Shown here: piece after piece, positions 27,401 through 42,400 of the stretch | How the letters are laid out: every line of letters begins with the position of its first letter | Numbering within the stretch: position 1 is the stretch's first letter | Assembly: GCF_964355755.1 (NCBI RefSeq) | Contig: NC_092680.1 | Span: 17,927,045 to 17,991,044 of the forward strand | Reading direction: 5' to 3' | From: Antedon mediterranea | Lineage: Eukaryota > Animalia > Echinodermata | Length of the DNA: 64,000 nucleotides | Position numbers and translations under genes: made by a program | Notes under the pieces: model-generated | What the model was told of the DNA's origin: nothing | What the model saw: the letters and a program-made list of their open reading frames with translations, nothing else | Database searches by the model: none

Positions 27401-28660
27401 AGACAAAGTATATGACTGAACAGCTGAAAATAGTCTATTTATACTACGTGCAAATTCATATTACGTCGTTACGTCATAAATATTCATATTCATCATTGTC
27501 ATCTTGAGGGAACGAAGCTTGACTATTAACATATTTATAAACAAGGTGACCGGTTAGCTCAGTCGACTTAGCGTTGTGTTAACAGCATGGATGTCCATCC
27601 ATTCGAATCACCTTGGAGGGAAAGAGTTAAAGCTATGCGAGATACTGTGTTTGGAGTTTCAGGTCCATCCCTACCCTTCCCCCAACCCCTTTCCATCACA
27701 CATCATGAGGCGAAAGCATCATGAGGTTGAACCGACCCCAATGCTGTGGCAGGGAGACCACACCACAACATCTTTTTTTTTTTTGTGGCTTCGCTACCTG
27801 TATTCAATCTCGTAAATGTTAGGTTTAGCGCCCTCAATTTTATTGTAATTGTTTATGAATTGTACAAATATTAAAATTAGTAATTAGGTTTTTTTTGTGT
27901 GGCTCGGACAGTTTGCATTTTATTTATTTTTTTACAATGAAACATACAATGTGTAATTAATTGAAAAAAAAAACCAAATAATAATAGGATTAATAGTTAA
28001 AAAATTACTAAAAAGTAGTGTCATTATCATAGTTCGTATAAAATAGCGTATTTTACAATAACAAAATTCACATTAAAAAAAACACAAACAATATATCAAT
28101 GCCTAAAAGATGTTTCATTATGATAATTCATATGAAATGCAATAGGGGCTATATCATCTTAGATTGTTCTTGATTTTAATAAAAGCTATGAGTTGAGGTA
28201 AACGTCCGCTACACAGACGCATGCGGGAAATCAACCCAAACTACATGACAACCAATAGCTCTACAGTATAATGTCAGGTCTAATAATCTCAAATAGATTA
28301 CAAGAAAATGCTGTTCAGACGACATTCTGTGAAAATTTCGTTTGCAACGTGAAGAATTCTTGTAGCAGAAGAGTAACGAAACTACATGTAATACTAAGAA
28401 GACCGAAAGTGAACTGGCGAGAACAAAGCATAGAGAAATTAATGGAATATCAGAAAAGGGTGGTTTGGGAAATACCGATTAATACGGTATTAATGACCTG
28501 AAAAAATGGGTAACGTAATAATGGACGAAACTGTAATTTATTTGAAACAAAGAGCATACGGCCTACGGCATGATAATTATGTTTGTAGGCGTTTTTGATA
28601 AGATCATGACGTCATTGTTGAGATTCAAATCATGTTTCCCACCCGGCTAATCTATTTGCT

Positions 28661-28800
28661 CGTATCCATGTGCTGATTCAGGTGCCGGTCGAGAGGATGG
28701 GGTGCAGTATAGGTAACGGCCCAGAGGTTGGGCGTATCCATGTGCTGATTCAGGTGCCGGTCGAGAGGGTGGGGTGCAGTATAGATAACGCTACAGAGTG
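28661..28800. repeat. 72-bp direct repeat, 2 copies
   Basis: CGTATCCATGTGCTGATTCAGGTGCCGGTCGAGAGG.. at 28661 and 28733. Confidence 0.85.
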
Positions 28801-29936
28801 GGCAAATGCTCCGACCTAATTATTTATTTATTGCAGTTTATATCATTTAACCAAATTTTTAAGGACCCTAATTTCCTTAAATATAATTTAGCCATATCCC
28901 ATATCCAAATGTTATAGATTTATACCACACTTGATTAATCATCTCATGTGACGTAACTTTTGTTTTTATAATTATTATTATTCTGTATAAATCGGTGACG
29001 TAACATATTTCGTTAGGCCTACAGTTTGTACTATTTCGTGTCGCTATGACCATAACCCTTCAATTGTTAATCTACCCAATAATTTAAAACACACAGAATA
29101 AGCATAATAAAGTGTTAATGGGTATTAAAGATATCATTGCATTTTTTTCTGACGTAACTATTTCCGAGATATACCGGTAGATGTCTATCAGTGTATTACC
29201 GTAAGGTATGCGGGCGCCCATTTGCAATTTTAAAGAAGTCGGACTGTATGGTACTGTGCTGTTATTTAAAACGTTTAAATACTGTATCCATTGTCTATAC
29301 TGTATATTGATTGATCCTGAGAATAATAGGATCACCATGTGCAATTGTTCGTCTATAATCAAGTCGCGTGCCGGTCGACCTGCAGTTGTTTAAATCAATT
29401 GCTATTATCATTTATGCATCTTCAATTAGTCTATTGTAATAAAGCCTCTTTAGGCCCAAGCCTTTGTCCAAACAAAGCATAGAAGACCTGTGTGGCAGCC
29501 GTTGTTAAATACTGGCATGATTGTGAGAACGAAACCTTAGATTCAGCATAATGCAACCTTATATGAAATGTGTTCACGTCCAGACTGAGCCGATGTCCGA
29601 TGAATAACAAAATCCTGAAAATGAGTTGAGAAAGGAATTTAAATATTTTCAAAACAATAAATATAGGAGATCCGTATATGCCCACCGAGGTGAAATCATG
29701 ACAGTAGGATTAATATTTACAAGATTACATTTAACCCTTTTCGTTATGCAACCTCCGCTGTAGTGGTAAATCTATTCACACACACACCAAGCCCAAATCC
29801 GGTTCGATGGCCAAAGAAAATCGTGAAAATGGGTTTAGCTTTCAATAACGTAATGTGTTCACATGAAGTCTGTTGATTTCAACGTCATGTGAACTTAGCG
29901 TTCAATAGTATATATGTACACGAAAGTTCACATTTA

Positions 29937-30076
29937 AGCGTGGTTCCCACTAGCGATGCAACGCAAGGACGTAACGCAACGCAAGTGAATTGACTGTCTA
30001 TAACTTCGCTTGTCATTGGTTAAAACTCTTGCGTTGCGTTTACGTCCTTGCGTTACGTTCTAGTGGGAACCAATCT
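29937..30076. mobile_element. Harbinger-like MITE family B, internally deleted copy
   Basis: TTA|AGCGTGGTTCCCACTAG ... CTAGTGGGAACCAATCT|TTA. Confidence 0.75.
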
Positions 30077-30876
30077 TTAGTGGAAACCCAACTTTATATT
30101 TACGTGCATGCAAAAGGCCCAACTTGTTTATTTTGTTTTGTGCTGATAATGAAATATACGTTAAAACGGAGAACTGAAAACAAAATAATAATACAGGTCT
30201 CTAATTAGAAACCATTTTCATACGACCTATAATTTCAGTAATTCTAAATGTCAATGTATTATATTAATGATTCGCAGAAACGTTACGGCGTCACATTTTC
30301 AACAGCGCAAAATAATGAAGACAATATAATACGGGGAGGGTTCCGTTTAAACGGGGGTAACCGTTGTGTTACAAAAATTGTCACTTGCCAAACTGTTCGT
30401 TTTACAGGAGTTTTCCTTTAATGGGAGTGTCCCCTGAATAGGTGTGTCCTAAGCCGGGTTCTTTGACCTTTTGTATATTGTACTGTGTATTGTGATATTT
30501 TGCATATTTTTTAATCCAGACCTTTTTATTTGAATTGCCCCGTGTGGGACGATTAAAGAATTTTGAATTTGAATATTATTCTAGTAAGATGTATGAATGT
30601 AATTTCTTCAATAAAACATGTTGCGTTCTACTAATTGTCTGGGTAAACATGTGGCTAAGAACCTGGTTGTTAAGCTGATGGCCCAAGGCCTACTTTTGGA
30701 GTAGGCCTGTTGCTCCGTCCTATGTAAGTCTTCTATCGATTTCTTTACCTATGGACTATTTGTATTGTTTGCTACATTATACAACCATTGTTGCTATTTT
30801 GCGAGGTCAGTTTAGGGTGACCAGATGGTAGCAATCTACCAGCCTAAGTAAAGAGCTAGCACTGCTTTAACAATAA

Positions 30877-31461
30877 TTAATAACAATCATGCTCAAAATT
30901 TACCAAAAGTAAATCGTAATTTTATTGTTCAGCTCGCTCTGTTGTCGTTTGTATGCCTCTAATTAAAGACCATGACATGATAGATAGACATCATTAATAA
31001 CAATCATGCTCAAGATTTACCAAAAGTAAATCGTAATGTTATTGTTCAGCTCGCTCTGTTGTCGTTTGTATGCCTCTAATTAAAGACCATGACATGATAG
31101 ATAGACATCATTAATAACAATCATGCTCAAGATTTACCAAAAGTAAATCGTAATGTTATTGTTCAGCTCGCTCTGTTGTCGTTTGTATGCCTCTAATTAA
31201 AGACCATGACATGATAGATAGACATCATTAATAACAATCATGCTCAAGATTTACCAAAAGTAAATCGTAATGTTATTGTTCAGCTCGCTCTGTTGTCATT
31301 TGTATGCCTCTAATTAAAGACCATGACATGATAGATAGACATCATTAATAACAATCATGCTCAAGATTTACCAAAAGTAAATCGTAATGTTATTGTTCAG
31401 CTCGCTCTGTTGTCGTTTGTATGCCTCTAATTAAAGACCATGACATGATAGATAAACATTA
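30877..31461. repeat. 117-bp tandem repeat, 5 copies
   Basis: TAACAATCATGCTCAA recurs at 30881, 30998, 31115 and onward. Confidence 0.95.
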
Positions 31462-32299
31462 TGATTGGGTGGACACCGTAATAAATAATATAATATCATA
31501 ATAAGCATGCATATATAGATATACCGAACTGCTATTGGTCAAAACTCGCTTGCATTGGTTTGGTCTCTAGCTTTACCAGTTTCCCGGGTGGGTGCATGCT
31601 TCCCGGGTGCGTAATTTTTTCTCCTAAGAGGCTAAGGAGGAAATCATGAATAATTCATGAGATTAATTATGGCATAAAAGTAAAGCTTCCCGGTTAAAAG
31701 ATACAAAGATTCACAAGTTTTCTAAGATTCTCCAGATGAAACAAATGAAGGTTGTGCCTGATCATTTTATTTCCATCAAAAAGTGGAGCTTGTGGTTAAC
31801 GTGCTTGCCTTCCAATCCCAAGGTTCTCAGGGTTCAATCTTGACCTTGTGCCAGGGTTGTAACTCCACTCTTCAAAATAGTTTGTCCTATCCATTTTGTA
31901 AGTGTAATTGGCGAGTTATTCGCGTTTGGTGGGTGCGGAATAAAAACACGTAGGACTAACTCCCACTTTATCACAGTTTTCATAATATGTCGGTAAATTA
32001 TCACGATAATTTTTTAACTAGGGCACACTATATTTGACTCATTCTCACATGGAACTGTCATGAGTCAGTTACAGAAGTCTAATAGTATATTAATAATATC
32101 GAAATTATTCAACGTTTTTAGGCCTAAAGCGACGGAAGGGTTACTGTAGTTTTCACGACGCGACTACGCAGTTACTGAATATGCGCAGAATTACCTTTCG
32201 ACTCGACAGTTTCATAGAACGAGGGCGAAAACAAAAAGTCTCTAATTATCGACCGATGGTATTGCCAAGGAAGAGTGAACCGTCACGGCCCTGGTATTA

Positions 32300-32302
<3 letters not shown>

Positions 32303-32341
<39 letters not shown>
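32303..32341. repeat. (TA)n microsatellite
   Basis: Run of TA dinucleotides. Confidence 0.95.
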
Positions 32342-32342
<1 letters not shown>

Positions 32343-32819
32343 TTGTTATCGATCAACCAACCTAATAATCAATAAATTCTCATATTTAGGTTTATAATTA
32401 TTCTGCACTGTTTACCTTCTTATTGGTGGTATATGTAAGCATTTTATGATGACACTTAGACGAGTTCACTGACGTGTATTAGTTCTTCGAGTGTCACCAA
32501 ACGTACGCTAATATTCACCCACGCGTAACAACATCATATCATAAATAAACGTAAGAATATTGGCACAGGTTTGTTATATCTACGTTGATTTTCTGCCAAG
32601 ACAGGTGTCTTTGAGTCACCTGTTTATGAAATTAATCAAGCACAGTCAATTAAAAATAATAACTTAGTCACATGATCTTAGTGATGCGTCTTAGTAATAA
32701 TAAACCATGTGATGTAACGCCATCGTTGCCAAGAAATGGTTAAACATACAGGTGTAACCTTTATACTACATAACGTAAATAGAGTACCGACAAGCGTATA
32801 TTATTATTATTTTTTTTTT

Positions 32820-33062
32820 TTTATTTCATACTCATCCAACAGCGAGTAACCCGCCAATTACAGGATGGATAAACTATTTAATAATTTCACAAGACAAACA
32901 TATACACAAGATGCTCTACATAAACAAAGACTTATTATTAAGTCTTTGGGAGTGGAGTTGTAAATTGTCATGAGAAAAAAACCCTGACATATGACAGGAC
33001 TTGAACCCATGACCCTTAGATTGGTAGCCAAGCATCATAACCACCAATCCACAGCTCCACTC
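32820..33062 (-). mobile_element. tRNA-derived SINE (same family as 54589-54770)
   Basis: Reverse complement starts GGAGTGGAGCTGTGGATTGGTGGTTATGATGCTTGGCTACC..GGGTTCAAGTCC; body matches the + strand copy; T-rich run at the left end is consistent with a tail. Confidence 0.7.
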
Positions 33063-33195
33063 CATTATCATTTCTATTAGGTAATGTAATGGGAAAATAT
33101 GTTTGGTGACCGATTTGGAAATCGTTTAAAGATTTTGTTGGGCTACGGTAACTTGTAAATCAAAATTTGAATTGATGGAACTCCTTTGATAGAGT

Positions 33196-33514
33196 CCCAC
33201 GTTCAATATCACCCGGTCCCACGTTCGATATCACCCGGTCCCACGTTCGATATCACCAGGTCCCACGTTCGATATCACCAGGTCCCACGTTCGATATCAC
33301 CCGGTCCCACGTACGATATCACCCGGTCCCACGTTCGATATCACCCGGTCCCACGTTCGATATCACCCGGTCCCACGTACGATATCACCCGGTCCCACGT
33401 TCGATCACCCGGTCCCACGTTCGATATCACCCGGTCCCACGTTCGATATCACCCGGTCCCACGTTCACGTTCGATATCACCCGCTCCTACGTTCGATATC
33501 ACCAAGTCCCACGT
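33196..33514. repeat. 22-bp minisatellite, about 14 copies
   Basis: Unit GGTCCCACGTTCGATATCACCC. Confidence 0.95.
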
Positions 33515-36476
33515 CAAAATACCTGAGGACACACCACGTGCCTCTCACAAAAGTAATTTCCATTTAGGCTTATTTAGTGAAATGGGATCTTATCGATAAA
33601 ATTGATACTACATGTAATATTTGCACGTATAATCTGTGCTATTGGGTGTACGATACCATGTGTTACTTTATGGCCATTTCGAGGAAGTAAAATAGATACC
33701 ACCAGTAAAATAATTTTTAAAAGTAAAATTAATTCACACATTAATTGGGGCCTTATTTTGAAAAAAAATACAAGCATTTTAGGCCTAAATAAATCCTCTG
33801 TTGATTTTTTAAAAAAACATTGTGAATCTTTGAGACAGAATATGTTGGTATTCAACACGTTACGCTAATTTATCATTTATAAAAGAATACATATTTTATC
33901 ATGCGTATAAGCAATTCTGAATTAGGTATGTTCGTGGATGGTTACACAATCATCGCATATCATAACTATACTCTATTATTGTACAACACCTGGTTATCGT
34001 TCAATTAAAAGCACTAGTTTACGCTACGAATAGTAGGCCAATAGTGAAACCATCAATTATGTTATACTAATTTTGCCATGCTAATTATCTACGTTGGTAT
34101 ATTTCACAAAGGGTATTGACAAAGTAAACTTAGAGAGAGTTTTACTTTCTGTACAGTTGGAAGTTATGTTACCTCGTCGTCTGAGCTTACAGACGAATAG
34201 AGCCGTTCAGGCATGGGCGTAACGCAGAGGCCTGAGGCACTGTTCAGGGGTCCCTGTAAGCTCCGGGGCCATTGGTTTAGCCAGTGAGTTTGTACCCATT
34301 AATTATATTCTGCATTGATTCATAGAAATAAAACTTCATGACTAGTAGATCTAATGTATTTCAATCGTGACAAAATAAAAGATACAAAATGCACGCGTTT
34401 GTACGCACGCGCCCTATTGCTGATAACAACAATCCCAAGACACTTAACCCGTGTAAGCTTTGTATGTCGCATGGATGATCGATTTGTAATTCAATTGTTG
34501 AATTCTTAATAAAATATCAATGCGACTAGATAGATAAGTTTACGAAGCTGATATCTCAGTATCTATTAGATTGCTACATAGGCCTGTGCATTCTGAGTGA
34601 AGTCGAAAGCTTGTCTCATTGATAACTACATGTATGTTGCATGGCTTCTTTATGAACGGCGGCGCCAGGATAATATTTACTGAAACGGCGCCACAGAAAT
34701 ATCACGATTGATTGCAAGATACTAATATTCCTAATTGAGCAAATACATATATAGATAATTAAACTTCGACAGATGCAATGATGCGTGACATATATAATAT
34801 TGATTATGATCATGACAATAAGTTTTATCATATTTATTACGGGTGATTTTCGTAGGCCTGATCTTAATCACGGTGACAAACAAGAACAGCCCCATCCAGC
34901 ATTTACCGTACATTACTACCAAGGCTATCTAACAACACTTGATACAAGAGATACCGTACTTTGTAATTGAAATTCTACGGTGGGGATTTGAACCTGGAAC
35001 CAATGGATTGAAAGGCAATCACCAACCCACCCAAAGCTTCATGAAGAAACTCTACTGTATAGTCACAACAACCCCATATTGTTTATTAACAATTGATACT
35101 AAGTTAAGCTCTGTCTACACTATCAAACTAATTTTACAAAAAAAGGTTTAATGTGCCTATGGTATGGTATGTGGAATATGTTACGGTATATGACATCATC
35201 ATGTCCATATGGGTACATTTGTGTTTTCACATAAAGTTTGATAGTAGGCCTATAGCTTAAGTAATGAGGGGTGCCTTTTAACCAAATCTCATTCTGCGAC
35301 ATGGGAAGGATTTAAACCCACGAACATTGTATTAGCACAGGACAAGTAACAATCATACCCACCAACTACCGTAGTTTATAAGCCTAATTACATATTTTTT
35401 ATTTACAAATATTTTTAAAAAATTTAACTTTAAAAGTAGTTTTAAGTGGAACCAGTACGGTACCGATACATGTAGGACCTATCTTATATTTTAAATATAA
35501 CAAAATTAAATTTTAAATCTAAACAAATTCTTTCGAAGACTATTAGTATTAACAAAGTTCATTATGTGGTTTATATGTATATATAATTAATTTGATGGCA
35601 CTAGTTCAATAGAAATGTCAAAAACGACTCACTTTGTGTTGAGATATAAGCATAGAGCCCCGTACCATATCAATATTGTATTCTTTGTAAATTCATCGTC
35701 TTACTTTCAATTAACACAGGAAAAAAAATTTATACGTTTATATTATTTTTCCAATATCAATGGACAGTTTGTGTTTATTGAATATTCTTCCAACTTTCGT
35801 TATCATATTTTTCTAAACTCAACTTGTTTTACATTCATTTGACAGAGATATTACGTTACAATCAGTTTCAACCCTTGGTAAATTAATATAAAATACTATA
35901 TTAACATTTTTTAAATAAAAAAATAATAATACTGCGTAGTAATTATTATTTTTCAAACCCTGGGACATGTTGCATTCATTATAATACTACATAATTCTAC
36001 CTGTATAGTTTACCTGTGCAATTTGCTTTACCAACCCTGGGAAATTATTCGTACTTATTATCTCCAGGGTAGTTTCAGTGAACCCGTAACGAAAAACGAA
36101 TGTTTCTTTCGTACGTGGAAAGATTATTTCGAAGTTTCCACGCGCAAACAAAGCACTTACCTACCTGCTCTTTGTATTTTAGTGTTCTCATAGGTACAAG
36201 TGTAGGACCTCGAATTAGGCTTTGTTTGCTCTGTCACGTGTTAAGCAACAAGCAAACGCTGGTTTCTGATTCGTTGATTTTCATTAACAGCTGGCATTAG
36301 GCCTAACCCATCAATTAGCTTTATCAGTGGAAGCCCCTATGTTCGCGTGCTAGCCACGCGACAAGTCTATTGTTTTGCGTAGGATTAGATATTTAATTGT
36401 ACTGTGTTGGTTTCTCAGTCACTTATTTGCTTCAGAGGAGAGTGCAGCCTTATTTTTTTTTGCTCTCTTGATCATA

Positions 36477-39400
36477 ATGGTTGCTAGTATTAGTACAATG
36501 TCTTCTACGCTTCCTTATTCGGCAGCACCTAAGTTAAACACACTTGGATTGGAAATGTTAACACCTATACTCCGTGACTTAAAGCATCGGTAAGAATTAC
36601 AACTAAATTATTTCATTTATTTTAATGTATTGTTATTGATTGTTTGAGACTGATTGTTAAAGGTCAAAACTTATTTCGCGCGTGTTCCATCACCATGATA
36701 ATGTACGTTTAATGTAGGGAAGGAGTGCAACCAATTTATGAATTCATAATTTTAATAAATAAGATTACATTTAATGAGTTTGGATTTCTGTAGCCTTCGT
36801 TACAAATTGTATTACAGTAGGCTGCGGTACCGAATAAAGAAGGATATAAGTATGCGTTATTTATATATGCTTATATAGTATACGGTACTTTCTCGTGTGT
36901 TGCATTCGTATTTAGTGATTATATATTGTGCGCGTAATTATATACAGTCGTCTAGTCACTTTCTATAGGCATATGATATTTCGTGCTGATTTATATGGGG
37001 GCGGGGGGTGCGAGTGGGGGAAATATTGCGTGCTGATCTGCATGGGGGTGGGGGAACTGATGATGGTTATTGATGATCATTTTACAGCGTAGGCCTATAC
37101 ATATTACCATAATGCTTTTGATTTTTTGTTATCAGCGTATTTATGGAGTTTTGACTCTATTTCATCTACGTCTTTTATCTTCTCACAAGATAATGTTAGT
37201 TTATAAACATTTGAGTATGTATATTGATGTAATGCTTACGTCATTCTTTTGGTGATTTTATTGTGTGGGACATTTCACACCGAGTAAACATTATATAGTT
37301 GTCTATTTCCACTATTCGATTGTGTGCTGGCGGGTGTGGGTGGGGGAAAACCTGACAAAATAATGTTAGTTTAAAAACATTAAAGTATATTCACCTATAT
37401 TGATGTAAGTGTATTAATTGTCTTAAATTAGGCCAAACATATTAATCAAAATAGTACCTCCACGGGCCGCAACCAGTACACTAATGGTTCAACATAACCT
37501 TTCGATATATAAAGCTAAATGTTTAAAATAATATTATTTTCTCTTTAACAGCTATTCAAGACAGATTTTAACAAGGAAATCATGTGATTTCTGTGGAAAG
37601 TCGATGTATATTGTCGGGTTACGTTGTAAGCAATGCAAGTAAGTGAACATGTATTTTCCAATGTTAATTAAGCCTGCTTGAACCGGTATGTCATGTGTGA
37701 TACTCATTTATTCATGTTACAACTGGGGCTATAGACCTACATATAAATTAACGATTTAATCCACATCTATATATTTATAAGTGCTATAGGCCTATTTTAA
37801 CTACGGCACTAGACAATACATTAATTTGCTTTAAAAATATTGCTATACAACTGGTGTCATATATCTATACATTTGAAGTTTATCTTTGTGTGGGTGTCAA
37901 AGTTTATGTGGGTTTAATTGGCAACAAAATTAATTAATGGAGAAAACCGTTCATATAATTTATTGCATTAGGAAATTGATTTGTTTGGTAAAGAAGTTAT
38001 TGTTGATATTCATCAGCTCTACGTGTGGGCTTTTATAACTTACTAACTGATTTACCATCATTTTTTCTAGTTTAAAATGTCACCGAAAATGTGCCATGAC
38101 CGCACCCCCACAGTGCCTGCTAGCGTTGGATGGGCACACGTTTACAAGTAAGTCACTTTGTTTGATTATGCGGGTAGTACGTGCTCAACAGTATGGTCAC
38201 GTTATGGCTGTCAGTACTATTTCCCATGAGTGCTAAAGTGTACACAGCCTAATGTAACAGACTTAATTGCTAATTAAAGAAATAAGTCGTTAGCACTTGT
38301 TGTGTAGGCCTATAACCTGTCATTTAAACTGTGAGTTGATTGACAATCATTGTACATGTCTTCGTGGTTGTGGAAGGAATTAATTCAATTTCGTCGTGAC
38401 TTTTTTAAGATTTTTATTTCTTTTAAATATAGCCTAAAATGTTAGTACCATAATCGTTAAACCTTGTTTCTGCTATATTATTAAGTACAATTTCATCGAC
38501 ATGTTACTCCATTCAGGTCTCGACATGTTAGTTGTCAGGCCTATGATATAGACCTACATTGTAATTTAGTTTCTTCTGTGTCTTTGTTTAGCCGGCGTAT
38601 GATGGGCACTCCGGAACGCCTTCGTTACGCCTTTTTCTATAGCTTTATTATATTTACTGTTTATGAACAAAGAACAAGCGTAGCTTTGGCATCGCCGCCG
38701 AATTCACGAAGGCAATAAAATACTCAAATAAAAATTAAGAATAGTAATCTCAGAAAAATATAACTTTTAATTATTGTGGTGGGTTGGATTTGATTTTGTA
38801 CTCCCTTTTTTTTCAGATTTAAGAGGTCGACGAACGCATAATGGTCATCGGTCAGAAAAACATGATCATGTACATTCGCCATGTGCGTGTGCACAAAGGT
38901 CTAGACCACTTTTACATCGCCAGCACTCAATCTCAACTCCTGATGAGGCTCTGATGTCTCCAGTATCACCTGCTGTAGCTGCAACCCCATGTTCTTGTAT
39001 ATCACCATGCATCACCACATCAACGCCAATTCGCGGCACTGAAGCCACAGCGTTCAATTTCAACATGGTACATTCAACTCCATCATCACCAAATGGCACG
39101 CAGTCTTCTCAAACGTCATCCAGTTCATGTGGATACTACTCACTAGGTTCAGAATACAACATCTCCACAGTCGATTCAACCACCGGCACTACGTCCTGTA
39201 CTTGTGGATGTCAAAAAATTACCAACAGGTTGTCGCAATCTGACAAGAGGACACGATGGTGTGGAGGAAAAGCACGAACTATTGATGTTACATCCAGTAC
39301 AAATAAGACCCAGGTAGACGCGGACGAAATGAGAACATCTCTCATCTCAACATGGCCTAGAGATTTTTTCAGCCATCATCAGAATCAATCAAATGGTGAG

Positions 39401-42400
39401 TCAATGATTCTACGTTAATCTTTCAAGTTATTCTTTAACTTTTAAACTATACAAAGTTCAACCTATGTCGTCCGATTTATAATTAGTAAAACAACGTATA
39501 TACGATTAAATCTCATATAAGTGTTTGTTCCACTTAGTAGCGGAACGTTAGGGCTAATTATCGAACAATTAGCTTAATGAGGTGGGTAAACAAAAAGAGT
39601 GCCGTTCTTAAAACTGAAAACAGACTTTCTACATGATTTTGTTTTAATTGGGGGTAAAAAGAAAACCGGGGACGATGTAATCCCACCTGCCACTATCAAA
39701 TCACACCTGTGTTGTTGTTTACCTTATGATTAGACAGGTGTTCAGGTGGGTTGTTCTGCGCAGGTCTACCGGAATTTGGTTACGAACCGTTCTAATGTTC
39801 TGTTTGTGTGGGTTCGCCCAATTTGGTAGTAACAATAGATTTTAAAGGGACAATGCAAAGGGAAAGAAGGAGATTGAACAACAATGCAACTTATGCAATT
39901 AGCGTGTTACGTAGCACGCTAAGACTTGCTGTCCCATACATAAAAGTATATATGTTACAATATACCAATAGGCATCTTATCAGCAAATTTACTATGCTGA
40001 TTATTTTTTTTTACAAATACTGTATACCCCTTCGAATGTTGTTGAATATGTTTAAATCTACTTGAAATCATCCATAATTGTTGAAATCACCCATAATGTT
40101 GAATGTTTATTTATATTCTAAACACTATAATGAGTACAATATTAGCTATACCAAATATTTTATTTGTAAGCTAAAAATATTTTAATTACCTACATTTCTT
40201 CTATGTATTTTCTGTACGATGTTTACACATTTTCACTTAATTGATTTTGGTGTTCTTCTATTTTTTTGGCTATTGACTAATAACATTATTTTATATACAC
40301 AGAAGATGTACCAAATTCAATTGAAGACGCACAACGAATATGCGACTGGATGAAAATCGAAACCACAACAAATTCCAGGTATATAACACTAGAAAATAAT
40401 TAGAAATAATTTTAACTCGACGATGTTGTGCAAATATTATGATTTAATATTTATCTAAGTTTATAATTGCTGTCATTATACAATGATAGCTTAAACTACT
40501 TATTATAGGTCTGTCGTTTACAACCAGCACGATTGAACGTATGATTGAACGTATGTTTACTTGAATAACCTTCGCTGCTTGTGCGGGGGTGGACTTCAGT
40601 TCTATATGCCCCGTGTTTATAAGTAATGTATTTCTGTGTTTACCATATGGTTATTATAAAGGTGTTTTAATGTTTATTTCAGTGAAAGATCAGTACGTGA
40701 AGCTGTCAAAGAATGGTCCATACCATTTGAAAACTTGAAATTCAGAAAACGTATTCGCCATGGTGCTTATTCAAATGAATACAGGTATATATTATTTTAT
40801 TCAAATTATTATTCAAATTAGGGAGTTGCGTAACACATTATGAACAACTTAAATTATGCTCTTGCAATAACACCATATAATAGAAACAGTGGTCTTTCTG
40901 TATTGTCATAATTGGGCAGGTACGTCGAAACAAAATTACGAAACTTGGTTAATAATGTAGTTGAATTGTTTTGTAAGAAATCGTCTTCAGTGGAATTGGA
41001 ACTTAAGACGTCGATCCTTTAATTTATACCTACATTATTTTCAATTTGTTTTTTGTATTTCATTTTCATTCCGTTTTCTGCAAACTTCAAACAATACAAA
41101 CGTCAGAAAGCAATTTTGTATATATTTGGTTATATAAGTTACATCGTGTGAACATGACATTTGATTCACGATGATTTATTAATGTAATAAAACGCATCTG
41201 GTAGTTTATGGTATTTAATTTAATTCAATGTATACGTTTATTAAGTACATCTGTAAAGTCGTGCATTAATACGGTACACTACCGTAACATTGATCTTTCC
41301 GAATACAATGAATCCACATTGTTAGAACAGGCAAAGTAAATGTAAAAAAAAGTATATAGCCTTGTTTACACTGTCAAACTTTATGTGACAAAATATGTGA
41401 TGTGCATTATAAGGACGTGATGATGTCATATCAATACCATATTTGGGCATATCACTACCACATTTGGGCACATCACACTTTACTTTACATCAACATTGTA
41501 GATAATGATTATTGTAACTATTCAAAATTGTTATCATTATTTTAGGGGTCAATGGCACGGTGACGTCATCATCCACACGCGTGAGGTTCAGACGGAGGAG
41601 GATTTCTTAGAAGAGATATCGATGTTAAGTAAGATACGCCATGAGAACATCGCCCTATTTATGGGGGCTTGCATCGACGCACCTAATTTTTGCGTGGTCA
41701 CAAGGTACGTGATTTCCTTTTTATTATTCTAAAACACATCACAACAACAAGCATGTGACATGCGCGTTCCAAATCTGATAATAGATATCTGCGCATCTTA
41801 CTTCATACATAATGGATGGGAAAATTCCACCGTAGAAAATTGAAAATGTATTATTTCGATTGTTTTTTTTTTCAGCATTCGTGGAGTTTCTTTATATGAT
41901 AGAATACATAGAGCTTCAAGGGATAACAGACTATCACTCAACAGTCGAGTGCATATCGCTCGCCAAATTGCACAGGTAAGGTCCACGTAGTATAGTGTAG
42001 TGCAGTGCGTATACACGTAGTGTACGGTACATAGTGTTTACATTAAGCATATCGCTCGTCGTCAAAGCGTAACGTTCATTTAAAGCAATTCAACAACAAA
42101 TATACAATACGTTCGTGGTGTGGAGGCTCATCTTTATGTCACCTAAATATCTTATTTAAGCTTGGTTCCCACTAGAACGTAACGCAAGGACGTAAACGCA
42201 ACGCAAGCGTTTTAACCAATAACAAGCGAAGTTATAGACAGTTAGCAATCACAAGCGAATAAGTCATCGCTTGTGATTGGTCAATTCACTTGCGTTGCGT
42301 TACGTCCTTGTGTTGCGTCGCTAGTGGCAACCACGCTTTACCACCATTAAAGTAGGCCTACCTAAACGATGACAAATTGTCACGTACATATACTGTACGG

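Noticed and set aside
33186-33599. 137-aa ORF with repeated SPGPT/ITRSHV motifs
   Set aside because: Translation artefact of the 22-bp minisatellite; non-ATG start and no splice support.
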